From the NCBI GenBank assembly GCA_039621445.1, contig CP154954.1, positions 41,471,572 through 41,535,571 of the forward strand: a stretch of 64,000 nt of DNA, given 5' to 3'. The notes under the pieces are model-generated. The model was not told the DNA's origin. It did no database searches and saw only the letters and a program-made list of their open reading frames with translations. Source of the DNA: Euglena gracilis (lineage: Eukaryota). This document shows positions 1 through 12,729 of the stretch, piece after piece; positions within the stretch are counted from its first letter, which is position 1; the number at the start of each line of letters is the position of its first letter. Both the position numbers and the translations under genes were made by a program.

Positions 1-452
1 TTCGAGGACAGGGCTCCCCATCCCATCCCCATCAATGCCAGGGGGCGACGTGGGCCAGGCAGCAGCCGCACACCCAACACGATGCCTGCGAAGAAGAAGG
101 CACCGCTGGCCAATACAGTGGCGTTCCCAAGACACAGCGGTGGGACTGGCTCCCTAGAAAGCCATTCAATGCAGCCCATTTTCAGGGGAAAGTTTTTTTC
201 ACAAAGTGCAGAGATCCATTTTTCTCAGCAGCTTCAGCAAACCAGTCCCTTGAAGGTGCAATACAATTACACGACCAATCATGGTTCACCTACCTCCCCT
301 GGGTACGAACAGCAAATGCAAGTGAATGCAGGTTTGAGAGTGCCATAATATTACCAAGGTTGGTGTGCATTTGTCTTTTGTGTGTGTTTGCGCCTTTGCC
401 GTGAATGTGCATGTGAATGCCGGGGGGGTGTGGGTGGGTGGGTCTTGTGGAT

Positions 453-1534
453 GGCTCATTGCGGGAAATTGGCCATGGGACTTTTGGTGGTCGCTCGGGA
501 CCGGTAGCTAGCGACCGGTCGCTAGCGACCGTTGGTCATGGTCGACCGACCATTGGTGGTCGCTAGCGACCGGTCGCTAGCGACCGGTCGCTACCACCAA
601 TATTTCGACCACCCCCCCCCCTTCAGAAAATTTTTCACCCCCCCCCCCCCAATAGGATTTTATTGCAAAACCCCCAAGTTGTACTGCAAAACGATGCTAC
701 CAGGGCCAGGCGCGGATGTAATGCCACGCGCAGTCCTAAGGCGCCTTTGGTCGTCTGACGGGGGGGGTGGTGGGGGGGTGCGGGGGGGGGCCTGCCGCCC
801 CCCCAAGCACCCCCCGGCCCCCCCCCCCCGCCCTCCAATAACAAAATCCCTTCCGGGGGGTAACCGACCCAGGGCCATGCGCGCATGTAGTGCCACGCGC
901 ACGGTAAACAAAACAGTCCTAAGGCGCCTTCGGCGCCCTTGGTCGTCTAGCGGGGGGGGGGGCTGCCGCCCCCCCCCCCCCGCACCCCCCCCCCCGCCCT
1001 CCAATAACAAAATCCCTTCCGGGGGGTAACCGACCCAGGGCCATGCGCGCATGTAGTGCCACGCGCACGGTAAACAAAACAGTCCTAAGGCGCCTTCGGC
1101 GCCCTTGGTCGTCTAGCGGGGGGGGGGGGCTGCCGCCCCCCCCCCCCCCCCCCCCCCCCCCGCCCTCCAATAACAAAATCCCTTCCGGGGGTAACCGACC
1201 CAGGGCCATGCGCGCATGTAATGCCACGCGCACCGTAAACAAAACAGTCCTAAGGCGCCTTCGTGCAAGATCCTAAAAGCAGAAAAAGGAATTTTTGATA
1301 TAAAATTTCATGTTTTTCTCTGAGGGAAATTTTTCCTTCACAGGGGGGGGGGGCTTAAAAATCTTCTGAGGGGGGGGGGGTCGAATTATTGGTGGTCGCT
1401 ACCGACCCGCCGCTCCCACCACCACCGGTCGCTAGCGACCGGTCGCCAGAATTCGGTCGCTAGCGACCATGGTCGCTAGCGACCGGTCGCTAGCGACCAC
1501 CAAAAGTCACATGGCCAATCTCCCGCTCGGAGCC
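453..1534. mobile_element. Non-autonomous TIR element (3-bp GAT flanks; possibly PIF/Harbinger-like)
   Basis: Absent from the duplicate copy near 25505. Imperfect TIR GGCTC...CGGGAAATTGGCCATGGGACTTTTGGTGGTCGCT / AGCGACCACCAAAAGTCACATGGCCAATCTCCCG...GAGCC. GAT at 450-452 and 1535-1537. Subterminal GCTAGCGACCGGTCGCTAGC palindromes. Confidence 0.8.
720..1262. repeat. Tandem repeat, ~165-170 bp unit, about 3 copies, inside the TIR element
   Basis: Recurrent GCCACGCGCACGGTAAACAAAACAGTCCTAAGGCGCC...poly-G/poly-C...CCCTCCAATAACAAAATCCCTTCCGGGGGGTAACCGACCCAGGGCC. Confidence 0.9.
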
Positions 1535-4014
1535 GATGCCTTTGATAGCATGAAATGTTGGCAGGCTCGCACTCCAGGCAAGGCGCATACAATTCATCCT
1601 CGTCTGCGGGGGACACCAGCAACGTGGGCAGCGCCACCGGCTGGGGCGAGGGGTCCCCGGAGACCCGCCCGGGCAGGCAGCCCATGGATGGAGGTGGAGA
1701 CACGGCAACGCCCCCAAATAACATAATGCAGCACCACGCCCAACTCTATGGAGATTTTGTGCCTGTTATTTTGGGGGGGCGCCCAAAAGAAAGCCTGGGA
1801 GGGGAACATTTGAACAAAATTATCCAAACTTAAAAATCACCACAAAATGCTTCACCAATTCCTCCAGATCTTATTTTTTTTTGCAATATTCAAACCTAAC
1901 GGGGTTTGGAACTTGTAAAAGCTCAATGTCATCCATTTCTGTGTTTTTTGATTTATCCCGTGATTTTTCCACCCGGTTCCCTTTGTCTGCACCATAGTGT
2001 GGAAGGGGGGCATTAATTGGGCAGCCAAAGTCTATCCTAAGGATGGGGTATCGTTTGTGGTAGGGGTGGTATTTTGGAGACCATTGGGGGTTTTCATGAG
2101 AAGGTTACCCTACCCCATGACTGTAGGTTGACTTGACTCCGGCTTCGCTACCACCAAAACTTTTCAGATGTGTTTGAATGGTCCACAAAAAACACCACCC
2201 TGGCGACGGTGGTGTTTGGGGTTTGTTTTGGGAATTGACCACTGCCTGGGTTGTGTTGTGTTGTGTTGCCCAAAAAGCGGCAAAACCTCTGAACCAGAAA
2301 AATGAAAACGTACCCCAGGACGGCCTACCGGATGGATTAGACAGCATGCGTCCGTGGCCTGCCCGGCGGCTGTGGCTCAGGTCGGCCTCCGGAGCTCCGA
2401 CGACCTTCGTGGGCCTGCGACGGGCGCAGCCACAGGATACCTGTTGGCCTGTTCCCCGAGGGCATTGTGGATGGCTGACCGCCACCCAGGCCCCCCCTCA
2501 CACCATACCATGGGGTGCCTGGGGTTCCCGGTAGCCCTACGAGAGCCTGCCAGTCCTGTACGTGGTATGGGAACCGCTCAGCAAGGAAAATGGATCCGAA
2601 GCCAAAGCGCGACACAGTGAAAAACAAGTTGTTTCTGCTGTGTTGAACGCTTTCTTCCTTGCATTCCTCCCCCCTCCCCCTCCCGGAGGGCAGAGCTGTG
2701 GGCACACCGGGACCGGCCCGGCCGGGGGTTCGCCAGGCGGCGGAGGTCGCGGACCCGCACGGCCCCGGCGGCCCCACCGTCGCCCCCGCCGACGGCGGCG
2801 GCCGGGAGGGGCCGGGCCGCGGCCCGGGGGTTGCGGTGCCGGAGCTCCGCGGCGGCCGGCTGCGAGCGGTCCCCCAAGTTGAAAAAAGGGCTGTGGGAAG
2901 AAGGTGGTTTGGTCCCCCAGCAGATCAATGCGGGCCGGGTATGGGTGGTGTGGGACCGGCACCCTCTGGTCCAGCAGGGGGGCTGGGGGGACACCCTCTT
3001 GTACACCTAACCGGCTCCCCTTCCTCTGTCTTGGGAGTCCGAAAGCGATGGCCACGGACCCTGGCAGACAGTGGTCAGAAGACCCGAAAGGGGCAGAAGC
3101 AACAACCAGCAGGCCACTACGGCCATTGGCGCCAGGGCCATTGGGGCCAACATTATGCCAGGTACACCAATCCCTTGTTCAAGCTGGGCCATTGCGGCCA
3201 GAACAGCAACTGGGCCATGGCGGCCACAACAGCAATGGCCATGGCGGCCGATGGAAGGCCAGGGTGGCCAACAATACCAAGGCCAGGGTGGCCGATTCCA
3301 CAAACAGATGCCCAGTGGCAGGGGCAGGACAGGTCCACAACCCCCCCAACCATTTATTCATCACAAACCCAATCAGGGGAAAAGGATTGGCCCCCAGAGG
3401 CCTCCCAAGATTTTCAATGGGCATGGCGCCCAAGATCAAAGAGAAGTCAATGGGGACATCAAGAAGGCCAGCGGGGCCAGAATTATCATCAAGGCCACTG
3501 GGGCCATTGTCATTCTTATCAAGGCCATTGGGCCCAACACCATCCTCAACAACGACAAATTCAAGGCCACTGGGGCCATCAATTATCAGAAGGGGAGAAC
3601 CCCCAGAAGCTAAAAGGCTGTCCCCCAGCAGGGGGTTTCAATGTACGGTGGCAGCCCCAGGAGGATGCTCCCACAGGGGCAGTGGAGGACAAGGGGGCAA
3701 CCCCCCCCTCAAAATTCTTTGTCAATGCCCATGGCAGGGGCAAACCAAAACAAGGGGGAGACCCAAAATGGGGCCCCTATGGTATGTCAATCGGCAACGC
3801 CAATGACGAAGTGGAGGATCAGAGAGTCTGTGAGCAGAGCATGCACACCCCCCCAGCCACCTTCAGAGAATACTCAATCCCTAGTGGCACCAGGGGTGCG
3901 ATGTCCAACACCCCCCACCCAGCACCCAGAAAATCATCTAGTTGGGAAAATACACTCCATGGAGGAAAAATGGGGAGACACCCCCCTGTACCAAAGACTT
4001 CAGAAAAGTCTAAA

Positions 4015-5830
4015 ATGGTGGACAAAAAATACCCCCCAGCAACATGTCAATTGATAGAAAATGGAATTCAACCCCCCTGGGTGAATCCCCCAAAATTGTC
4101 CACCCACCCAAAACCCAGAGCCAACCTAGACCTGAACCAGGCAGAAAAAATCCTGTTGGATTACGAAAAAACTGGGGCAGTGAAACGAGTTTGGGACTCA
4201 AAAACCCAGCATTTGATCCCATGGTTTTTAATTTCAAAACCAGAAGGGGGAACAACCAAGTGGAGAATGATCAGCGACTGCAGAGAAATAAATCAGCAGT
4301 TTCAAGTAAAACCTTTCAAGCTGGATCATATCCAGCACATTTTTCCAGTTTTGGAAAAAGGCCACTGGGCAGCAAAAATAGACCTAAAGGATGCCTATTT
4401 TCATATTCCATTACGTCCAGGCGTAAGGCCATTTTTAAGGCATCAGGTGGGGGGCAGACCTGGGAATTTCAAACAGGCTGCTTTGGGCTAAATGTAATGC
4501 CCCAAATTTCATGTCAGTGACGAAAACGTTCGAAAAGCTGTGGAGAAAAAGAGGCATCCAGGTGTTTATTTACCTGGACGACATTTTGCTGGTGGCCCCC
4601 ACCCAAAGCACATTTGCAAAATCACCTGAACAGAGTTGTCAAAGATTTGCTGTATTCTGGGTTCAAAATCAATGTAAAAAGTCCACCCTCCAGCCCACAC
4701 AAGTGGTAACCCATCTGGGTTTTCAACTGAACTACCAGGAAGGAAAGCTACAGGTGCCACCCCTGAAAGTCAAAACCATAAAAAAGGAGCTGGGAAAAAT
4801 CGTGAAAAAAGATTACATGCCAAAAAGGCAGTTGGCTGCCATTTTGGGCCAAATAAGATGCAACCTAATGGCCCTGCCCTTTTTAAGGGCTTTTACAGAC
4901 ACCCTGGCAATTTTTTTCGTGGCAAAGTCCACAGCCCCTTGGGACTCAAAACACCCCATTTTCCAGGAAATCAAAGCCCAATCAAGGGAAATAAAAATTC
5001 TCCTGGACACCTGGGGGGGCAGACCCTTCCCCCAAAATGCAACCAGAATGTTGCACTCAGACAGCAGCACCCATTCCTGGGGGGGGCTAGACATCCACAC
5101 AGGAGAAATTGTGCAGGAATTTTGGAGAAAAGACTCCATTTTGCACATCAATGTAAAGGAGCTCAGTGCAGCAATCAGCACTGTGAAAAGTTTGAGCAAA
5201 CCTGGGGAAACCGTTTCCTTTTCAGTGGACAACCAGGTAATTTACTTTTACCTAACAAAAGGTGGGGGCAGAAAGGACCCCTTCAACAAATGCTAAGACC
5301 ATTTTTCAAGTGGTGCATGGAGCACCAAGTAAACCTCCAAGTCAACTGGGTGCCTTCAAAGGAATGCCTAGCAGACCCCATCAGCAGGTGGGAAATGGAC
5401 AGGGGGGATTATTCTTTAGACCCCCAACTTTTTCAATGGCTCAGACAGCAGTTCAAAGATTTCATAAATCTGGAAACAGATTTATTTGCCTCACCAGGCA
5501 ACAAAAAACTGCCCAAATTTGTTGCCAGGTGGCCCCATTGGGAATCTACAGCGGTAAATGCATTACAATGTCCACTGGACAACATGGGGGATCTTTATGC
5601 AAACCCCCCAGTTCAATAATTCAAAAATTTTTACCAGGTTGAAAATGTATCCCCAGACCAAAGTTTTGATGGTCACCCCCTACTGGGATTCAGCCACACG
5701 GTGGCCCCAATTAATAAAAATGAAAGTATCAGGGACCCCCTGCCTGAAAATCACCCCCTACAGGGGTATGTTCACCAATTGCAGGGGGGAACAAATGCCA
5801 CCCCCCAGGTGGCCCCTGCTTTGCATGATT
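4015..5830 (+). pseudogene. DIRS pol: reverse transcriptase + RNase H + adenine methyltransferase-like domain (frameshifted)
   Basis: RT: KWRMISDCREIN, AKIDLKDAYFHIPL, IYLDDILL, THLG. RNase H: HSDSSTHSWGG, HINVKEL, VDNQV, WVPSKECLADPISR. MT: DLFASPGNKKLPKF...LYANPP...VLMVTPYW. Split over ORFs 2659-4491, 4511-5296, 4858-5619 and 5558-5908. Confidence 0.9.
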
Positions 5831-6344
5831 TGCTCAGGCAAATTTTGGAGGGGAAACAAATTCAGTTTAAAACCATTGAAGATTTCCTGGGGAAAAACCC
5901 CAGTTTAAAGGGTTATCAGAGTGCTTTTGCACTTCTGTGGGTAATTTTGGAAGAAATGGGGGTGCCCCCCCCTGAATCCACCACTGGCCAAGTGGCTGAC
6001 GCTTTAATACAATTATTCCAATTTTCCAAGGCCCAAGCCCGTAATGCCTATGGTGCAATGCTTTTGCTTCCTGGGTTTGGTGGGCTGAGATTCCACACTC
6101 TGTTAACCCCCTACAAGAGGCTTTGTAACCAAAAACTTGGAGAAGTATGGGGCATTTTGGGATCCCCTCCCAATCCTCCTGGGGCTGGCAAAGGCGCACT
6201 GATGCCCACTGATATTTGTACATTGCGAACACAACTGATTTTTCGTTCACGCATCCTCTGTTTATACCGATCCTCAGATTTGGCACAAGTCAAACGAACC
6301 ACCAGTGTGTTGGGTAGGGCACCCTACATCAAGATTAAGCGTAA
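5830..6344 (+). pseudogene. DIRS tyrosine recombinase, N-terminal part
   Basis: LRTQLIFRSRILCLYRSSDL (first catalytic Arg box) followed by YIKIKR, cut by the LTR insertion. Confidence 0.8.
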
Positions 6345-6855
6345 TGAAAACCATTTCTTGGTTCGAAGTTTTTGCGAATCCTTCGGCCTCGGCTGTTTTT
6401 TGAGGCGGCCGCCGGGCTTCGAAGCCTAACTTTTCAATCTTTTTCTTTTTGTCTTTGGGCTTTTTCCCTTGATCATTGAAATCCATTTATTCTTCAAATC
6501 ATTGTTCTTGCATGCACAATCAATTGATTTTTTTTGTAGTTTTGTATCAGTGCATTGGTTGGGTAAAGAACCCTGTGTGTGAGATTGGTTTGAAATTTAT
6601 GGGCTCGAGTGGGGACTTTCTTAGGTTAATTAGGGAAAATTGGCAAATCCTAGTGTGGAAAATAGGTCGGCCGGTCTTCAAAATTTCAAAGAATCGACCC
6701 AGCAAGGTCAAAAATTGAGTTCAGGCTTTCAAGCCGAAGCATAATAATCTTTTCCCTGGGTTAAATTCGACTGAAAACCAAAAAGTGGTATTTCAGTGAC
6801 TTTCGGCCCCACTCAGGCAAATTTTGGCCAATTTTTGGGTTAGGACCCCTTTACG
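6345..6855 (-). repeat. 3' LTR
   Basis: Direct repeat of 12215-12725. Preceded on the minus strand by the polypurine tract AAGTGGGGGAG (6856-6866). Confidence 0.92.
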
Positions 6856-9800
6856 CTCCCCCACTTAGAAAAATATCGGGGAGATTTTAAAAAACGTAAG
6901 TAAAAAAGAAGGGGTCCGCACAAAAGAAACAATTTGGTTTGCGAAAAAAAGGGGTATGTGTGCGGTTGGTAAGAGCAACGAGGGGGGGGGGGCAGCCCAA
7001 AGCGCCACGCCTTACCCCATGCGAGTGATGGTGGGGGGGGGGCAGCCCAACGGGCCACACCGCACCCCGGGGGGAGATGGTGCAACGGTGCAACAGGTTG
7101 GTGCGGAAAATCGGTGTGGGGCAACGGTGCGTGGGCAACGGTGCGGCGCTACTCAGCTGCGTACGCCGCCGCCGCAACCGCCGCCTCCCACTCGAGGTGG
7201 TTGCCACGGTACCGCGTATGCGTGAGTCGTGTGTTCACAATCACAATATGGTATGCGGTTTTTGTCCACACACCACACAACACTCATGCTTAGAATGACA
7301 CTTTGCGCGCACCCAAGGCGGGTCGGGTTGCAACTACGAAAGTTGCACGCCGAGCCACAATGGGGCCGAGGCATGGTTTCGCGTTTCCAACCCTTGCGAA
7401 CCGTTTTTTTTCTTGACCAACCGTCATTCAAGAAATCTGGGGGTTTGATAAGCTAGCTTTCCATCCAGGATTCTTTCTCTTGAGGAGCAAAATACTTCTA
7501 TTTTGTTGGTTGGGATCCCTTTTTTGTTGTGGGGGTTTTGCTTAGTCCCTTTTTAAGGAGCAAATTACCCTCTTTTTTTGATACGCTGCAGCTTTTTTAT
7601 TGGGAGGATTGTTGAATTTTGTGATCTGTTGCTTGTCGCGACCAAACACCAAAAATAAGAATCAACGAAAACAACCCCGCAAACCGCGGGATTGGTTCCC
7701 CGCAATGACAATTCATCACTTTTCCCACAACCGTAACGGGAATGTGACTTACGGCCGTTTTTGTGGGGGGGTCACATCAACCTGTGCCCTCCCGGGCCGT
7801 CTCTCAAATCTTGGCCCAAATTTCCACCTCTTAGAGGAAAAATGCGCTTGGAAAATCTGTCCACCTTTTGCTTTTCATAAAGCAAATCCAAATCTGTGAA
7901 ATTCTCACCTCCTTGCCATTCCAAAAATTGTTCCTCCGAAACCAGAATTTCTTGGGGGGTACCTACGGGAGCCTCACCGACGAAATCGTCGGCCATGTTC
8001 CATGCCTGGGCAAGTTTCTTTCCAAAAATTCTCTGAAAATTCTGCACACCGTCCTTTACGTGGGGGTTGGGCTCCACCTCCTCTCCGTAAATAACACCTT
8101 TAAATTCCCTGAAATTATGTCGGTATAACACATCGACTTTTCGTTGGAACGCCCCCCACTCACTCGCCTCCGAATGAGTGGGGCTCATCCCCATTTTGTT
8201 CCTTCCAACGTTATTCCTTTGTTCCACACAACACAACCCGAATGAATGAATAAGTTCCACCTCCCACACTTGCCCAATAAAAACGTCAGATTTTTTGCCT
8301 TGGGTAAAATCGGCAGACTCAAAATTTTCATTGGTCGACCGTTCAACCCATTTTTTCTTCTCTTTCCCCAGACGGGCGGAATAAAATTGAAATAATTCAC
8401 ATTTTTCCACTTGGGAAAAATGAGGGGGTGCAAAATGCGTTTCAACCCTCCCCTCTTCCTTTTCCATCTGAAAAGTGTCCACTTGTCCACCACCGTTTCC
8501 CAAAATCTGGGGTTCATCCAAATCCAAAATTCGCTTTCGTCATGGGTCATTCGTGGGGGGGTACCCTGGGGGACCAACACCAAACACTCCCCCTTTGGAA
8601 TATGCCTTTCCTCCTTCCTGCCAACCTGAAAATTGACCAAACCTGGACTCGGTATTTTTTATGTTGCGTCCCACCAAAAATGTTTCCACCAGAACGGTGA
8701 AAATGTCTTTTGGGCCCGGGGATGGTGAACTTGCACCAAAAACCCGGCCACAAACGGTTTGGCAAACCCTCCACCATTCCCCATATAGGAGTGGGCATTT
8801 TGTAGTCAAAGGGACTACATTGACAAAAATCAAAATTCAAAAAAATCAGCCCTTTCAAAAATTCACGGTCCTTCATGAGGCCGTTTCGGGGAATTTTAAT
8901 GAAAATTCTGGGTGGTTGTAAAAATTGGGCGTTGGAAAGTGTCATTTTGTGCGAGAATCGGCATACTCCAAATTTCTTTCACACATGGTGGGGTCTTGAC
9001 CATATTTCTTTTTAGGAATGGATGCAAAAGTCAAGTTCACCCCCCTCCAGATTTTGTTCCCATAAAAAGCATCAAAATCTTTGGTACTTTTGACCCAAAA
9101 AATCGCTGGACTTTGTCCACAAAAGTGTTTGACTGTGGCGCAAATATTTTCTGAAACAAATTTTGCGCTGGGGGCACTTGAACAAAAGTTCTGCCCCTGA
9201 ACCGTTGGCCACCACTTTTTCCTTGGGCAGTTTCCCAACATTTGTCATAAAAATTATACAATTTGGTCGTCCCGCCCCCCTTGCCTCGTCCTCCCCCCCA
9301 TGGGCATGGGGCCCAAAACTGAGTGCGGGGGGAGCTTGATTTGCATCCAGAATTTTTGCCCAACAATTAGAGGCATTATTCCCAACCTCACCACAACACT
9401 TACACGGTGCTCTGATTACACAGGTTGTGTAGTTGGGGTTTGGGAGCGGTGCTTCTTTCACCTCTGAAGAATTTTTGACAACGCCCCCCCTTCTTGAGGA
9501 TTTCTGGCAAAATTCTGAAAAATTTCTCGTTTCGCGTTTTCTGAATGAATTTGGTCCCCCCCATCCAATCGGGGGGTTGACTCGTTTCAGTGGGGGCACC
9601 TGGCCCTTTAAATTCCATCCCCCCTCCGTTTGTTCAAGACATCCATGTGCCATTCCCATGATTTGAGTGGGGGGGAAATGAAAATCGCTGGGGGAAAACA
9701 GCAATTTTTGTCCAATTGACCACCCATTGAGTGAAAGAAGCCAGTTTTTGTCCCTAGCCAACTCCGTTGTGATTTTTTCTTCGCTCTGGTTTTCATTCCT

Positions 9801-12196
9801 CCTTTCTTTGTGAAAAATCTGTGGAAGTTCCCGTCTTAGCACATGACAGGTGTCCGCATGAGATTTGGCAAAATTCCGAATCGTCAAAAATTCTGTCCCA
9901 AAATGTTTCCAATGATCCCCAAAAAACGTTGTTGAAAGTCTGGACAGTTTCGTTGTAAAAATCTGCCAACGAAAAGAAAATTCAGGCCTGTGACCTGAAA
10001 ATCTGTTGATTTTTGCCTCATTTTCCACCATGTCCCAAAATGGTGTACCAACAAAAATTGAAATCTGGCAACCAAAAACGGTGCCTTCCCCCATCATCCC
10101 TGCCCCTGCCACCATCCCTGTGAGCAAAATTTGCACCGGGACCCACACAGCTGGAAATTTTTCATGCGTTTCAACCGGAATTTCCAACACTCTTCGCTGG
10201 GGGGCACTCAAAAGGGGTATTGTTTGTGAGGCTGTTACTTCCAAACTTACGGAAGGAAAATCCACCATTCTGGGGGAAACAAAAAACAGAGTGAGGGGGT
10301 AAAAACTGTTGTGGGTTGGGTAATGGGAACGTGCAAAGTGTGGCTTTGCCAACAGGGGGTAGAGACCACCTTATGGTGCTCCTCCCCTTTGGGCAAGACC
10401 TCCACTTCGGCACTGTTGCCCAAAAACGCCGCTCCCCCTACCTCTGGGCCTAGGTTGCCCGAGTAGGGAGCGACGGGGGGATGTTTTGAAATTTTTCGAA
10501 AACCAACCCACTCACCTCTCGAGAGGGGATTGAGAGGGTATCGGTCTCCGCCTGCTTGGGTGGTCAAAGTTCTCTCCTACCCAAAAAGCCAAAACCCAAC
10601 CCATAGCTGGGGCTTGGGGTTGCTGCCGTTGTGCTGGGTGCTGCTGGGCCCCCCTGCACCGCCACCACAGCGGTGCGGGGGAGTGGGCCCCCGGACGCCG
10701 CCACCACAGCGACGCCGGGGTTGGGGGTCTCCCTTCCCGTGGTGTGAAAACAAAATTTGCGGCCAGTGATCTGGGCAGGGGTAAAAAACTGTCCACGTTG
10801 ACCCCCTTCCGCAATAAACTGGGCCCGTGTCCGTTTGAAAATTCTGAGACCCTTAATTGAGAAAAGCTTCGCTCAATCCCAATAACCAAAGTGGAATTTT
10901 CTACAAATCCCTGAATTTTCAGCAAAACTGCCTGAAACGGCGTTTCATTTGAGTTTTCTTAACCCAAAACTGGTAATTTCTCGTCAAAAAAGTTCTTGCC
11001 TTTTGGCGCTGTTGTCCAAAGTTAAATTGGGCTGGAATCCCGCTGAATTTTGATCACTTTGACCAAAGCGGTTTCCATTTTTGAATCTGGGGGATCTGCA
11101 GTTTTTTCCAACTTTGCACAGGGAAATTGAAAACATTCTTCGCCCAGCACTTCAAATTGAATTATTTTGTGCACTCTCCTCCTTGCACGTTCTTTCCAAG
11201 GATCTTTGTTTCCCCCCTCCATCTCCATTTCCACAGGGGGGGCTGAAATTTGTGTGAGGGGGACAATTCCCGTTTATCCTCCACCAGCCAAAAAGCCTGA
11301 TCCGTGCCCACTCCCAGCCTGGGGCAAAAGGAAAAAAATTCCAGTACGGAGGATTCCACCCATCTCCGACAAGATTCGCTGAAAAAATGTGAAAACCACA
11401 GCAGAAATCTGTAGCACAAGGGAAAGTCGTCCCGTACGGAGGGTATCACCCATCTCCGACCGTTTTGGCTGAAAATATGCCAAAGTCACAGGAAATTCCT
11501 GTGACGGGGAAAGGGAAAATTCACTTTTTTCACTTGAAAACTGAAAGATCCTTGGGTGAGACAACGCCTGGGTTTTTTTGTGGGGGAAAATACGTGCCAC
11601 TTTGTAAATGGGACCCTGCCCCCCACAATAAATCTTGCTGAAAATATTGATGAAAATGCATGCCTTTGGCAAAAACTGTGGGGAGTCTTGAGAAAATTCC
11701 AGAAAATTCTGGGTCCTCATCGTAATTCGTGCTGAAATTGGCCATGTTGATTGTGAAAAATCTTCTCGGGTCTAAAAATCCTGTGGTAACCCATGAAAAT
11801 CTGCTGGGAATTCACTTTTCTGAAAAATCTTTGGTGATGCGACAAGTAAATTTGGCAAGAATGATCTTTCTGAAAAATCAGCAGATGGAATGCGATGTGG
11901 CAACAAAATTTCCCCACATGACACCTTTGAATGCCTACAATTCTTCGGGTTCTTTAGAAGCCTTAGGGCTGTGGGTGGGGGTTGTATGCTTGCACACCAT
12001 GGTCGTGTGTTGTATGTGTCCGCCTGCTGATGTCCACCTGCTTCAATACCGCGCGCTGGGGGGCCATTGCAGGGCCCCCCTCCACCAGCTGCAGCTGTAA
12101 ATGATGTGCTTGTTTCTTCAGCTTCAATCTGTTTTGTCTTTCTTCCTTGTCTTTCTTCTGCTTCAGCTGCCTGGCGCGCCTCGCTCTGGCCGGAGA

Positions 12197-12214
12197 ATCC
12201 GGGTAGGACCTCCA
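12197..12214 (-). promoter_or_regulatory. Primer binding site, tRNA-Gln-like
   Basis: Minus strand TGGAGGTCCTACCCGGAT directly after the 5' LTR. Its complement ATCCGGGTAGGACCT-CCA resembles eukaryotic tRNA-Gln 3' ends. Confidence 0.75.
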
Positions 12215-12725
12215 TGAAAACCCTTTCTTGGTTCGAAGTTTTTACGGATCCTTCGGCCTCGGCTGTTTTTTGAGGCGGCCGCCGGGCTTCGAAGCCTAAC
12301 TTTTCAATCTTTTTATTTTTGTCTTTGGGCTTTTTCCCTTGATCATTGAAATCCATTTTTTCTTCAAATCCTTGTTCTTGCATGCACAATCAATTGATTT
12401 TTTTTGTAGTTTTGTATCAGTGCATTGGTTGGGTAAAGAACCCTGTGTGTGAGATTGGTTTGAAATTGGTGGGCTCGAGTGGGGACTTTCTTAGGTTAAT
12501 TAGGAAAAATTGGCAAATCCTAGTGTGGAAAATAGGTCGGCCGGTCTTGAAAATTTCAAAGAATCGACCCAGCAAGGTCAAAAATTGAGTTCAGGCTTTC
12601 AAGCCGAACCATAATAATCTTTTCCCTAGGTTAAATTCGACTGAAAACCAAAAAGTGGTATTTCAGTGACTTTCGGCCCCACTGAGGCAAATTTTGGCCA
12701 ATTTTTGGGTTAGGACCCCTTTACA
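12215..12725 (-). repeat. 5' LTR
   Basis: Direct repeat of 6345-6855. Minus strand begins TGTAAAGGGG and ends ...TTTTCA. Confidence 0.92.
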
Positions 12726-12729
12726 GTAC

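Larger units (their letters stand above)
1..3015. repeat. Segmental duplicate (copy A) of 25055-27018, carrying an extra TIR element and truncated by a DIRS element
   Basis: Near-identical to 25055-27018 from TTCGAGGACAGGGCTCCCC to GTACACCTAACCGGC, apart from the 453-1534 insertion and small indels. Confidence 0.95.
6345..12725 (-). mobile_element. LTR retrotransposon (probably Ty3/gypsy-like), internal ORFs heavily decayed
   Basis: Two 511-bp LTRs with outer TG...CA ends. 4-bp TSD GTAA/GTAC. PBS and PPT in minus orientation. Remnant knuckle-like CKCCGEVGNNASNC (~9365-9405) and decayed protease-like CVGPGAN (~10125-10148). Confidence 0.9.

Noticed and set aside
2659-4491. 610-aa ORF as a single gene
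   Set aside because: Chimeric: the first ~120 codons lie in the duplicated host segment (antisense to a probable exon) and the rest is DIRS.
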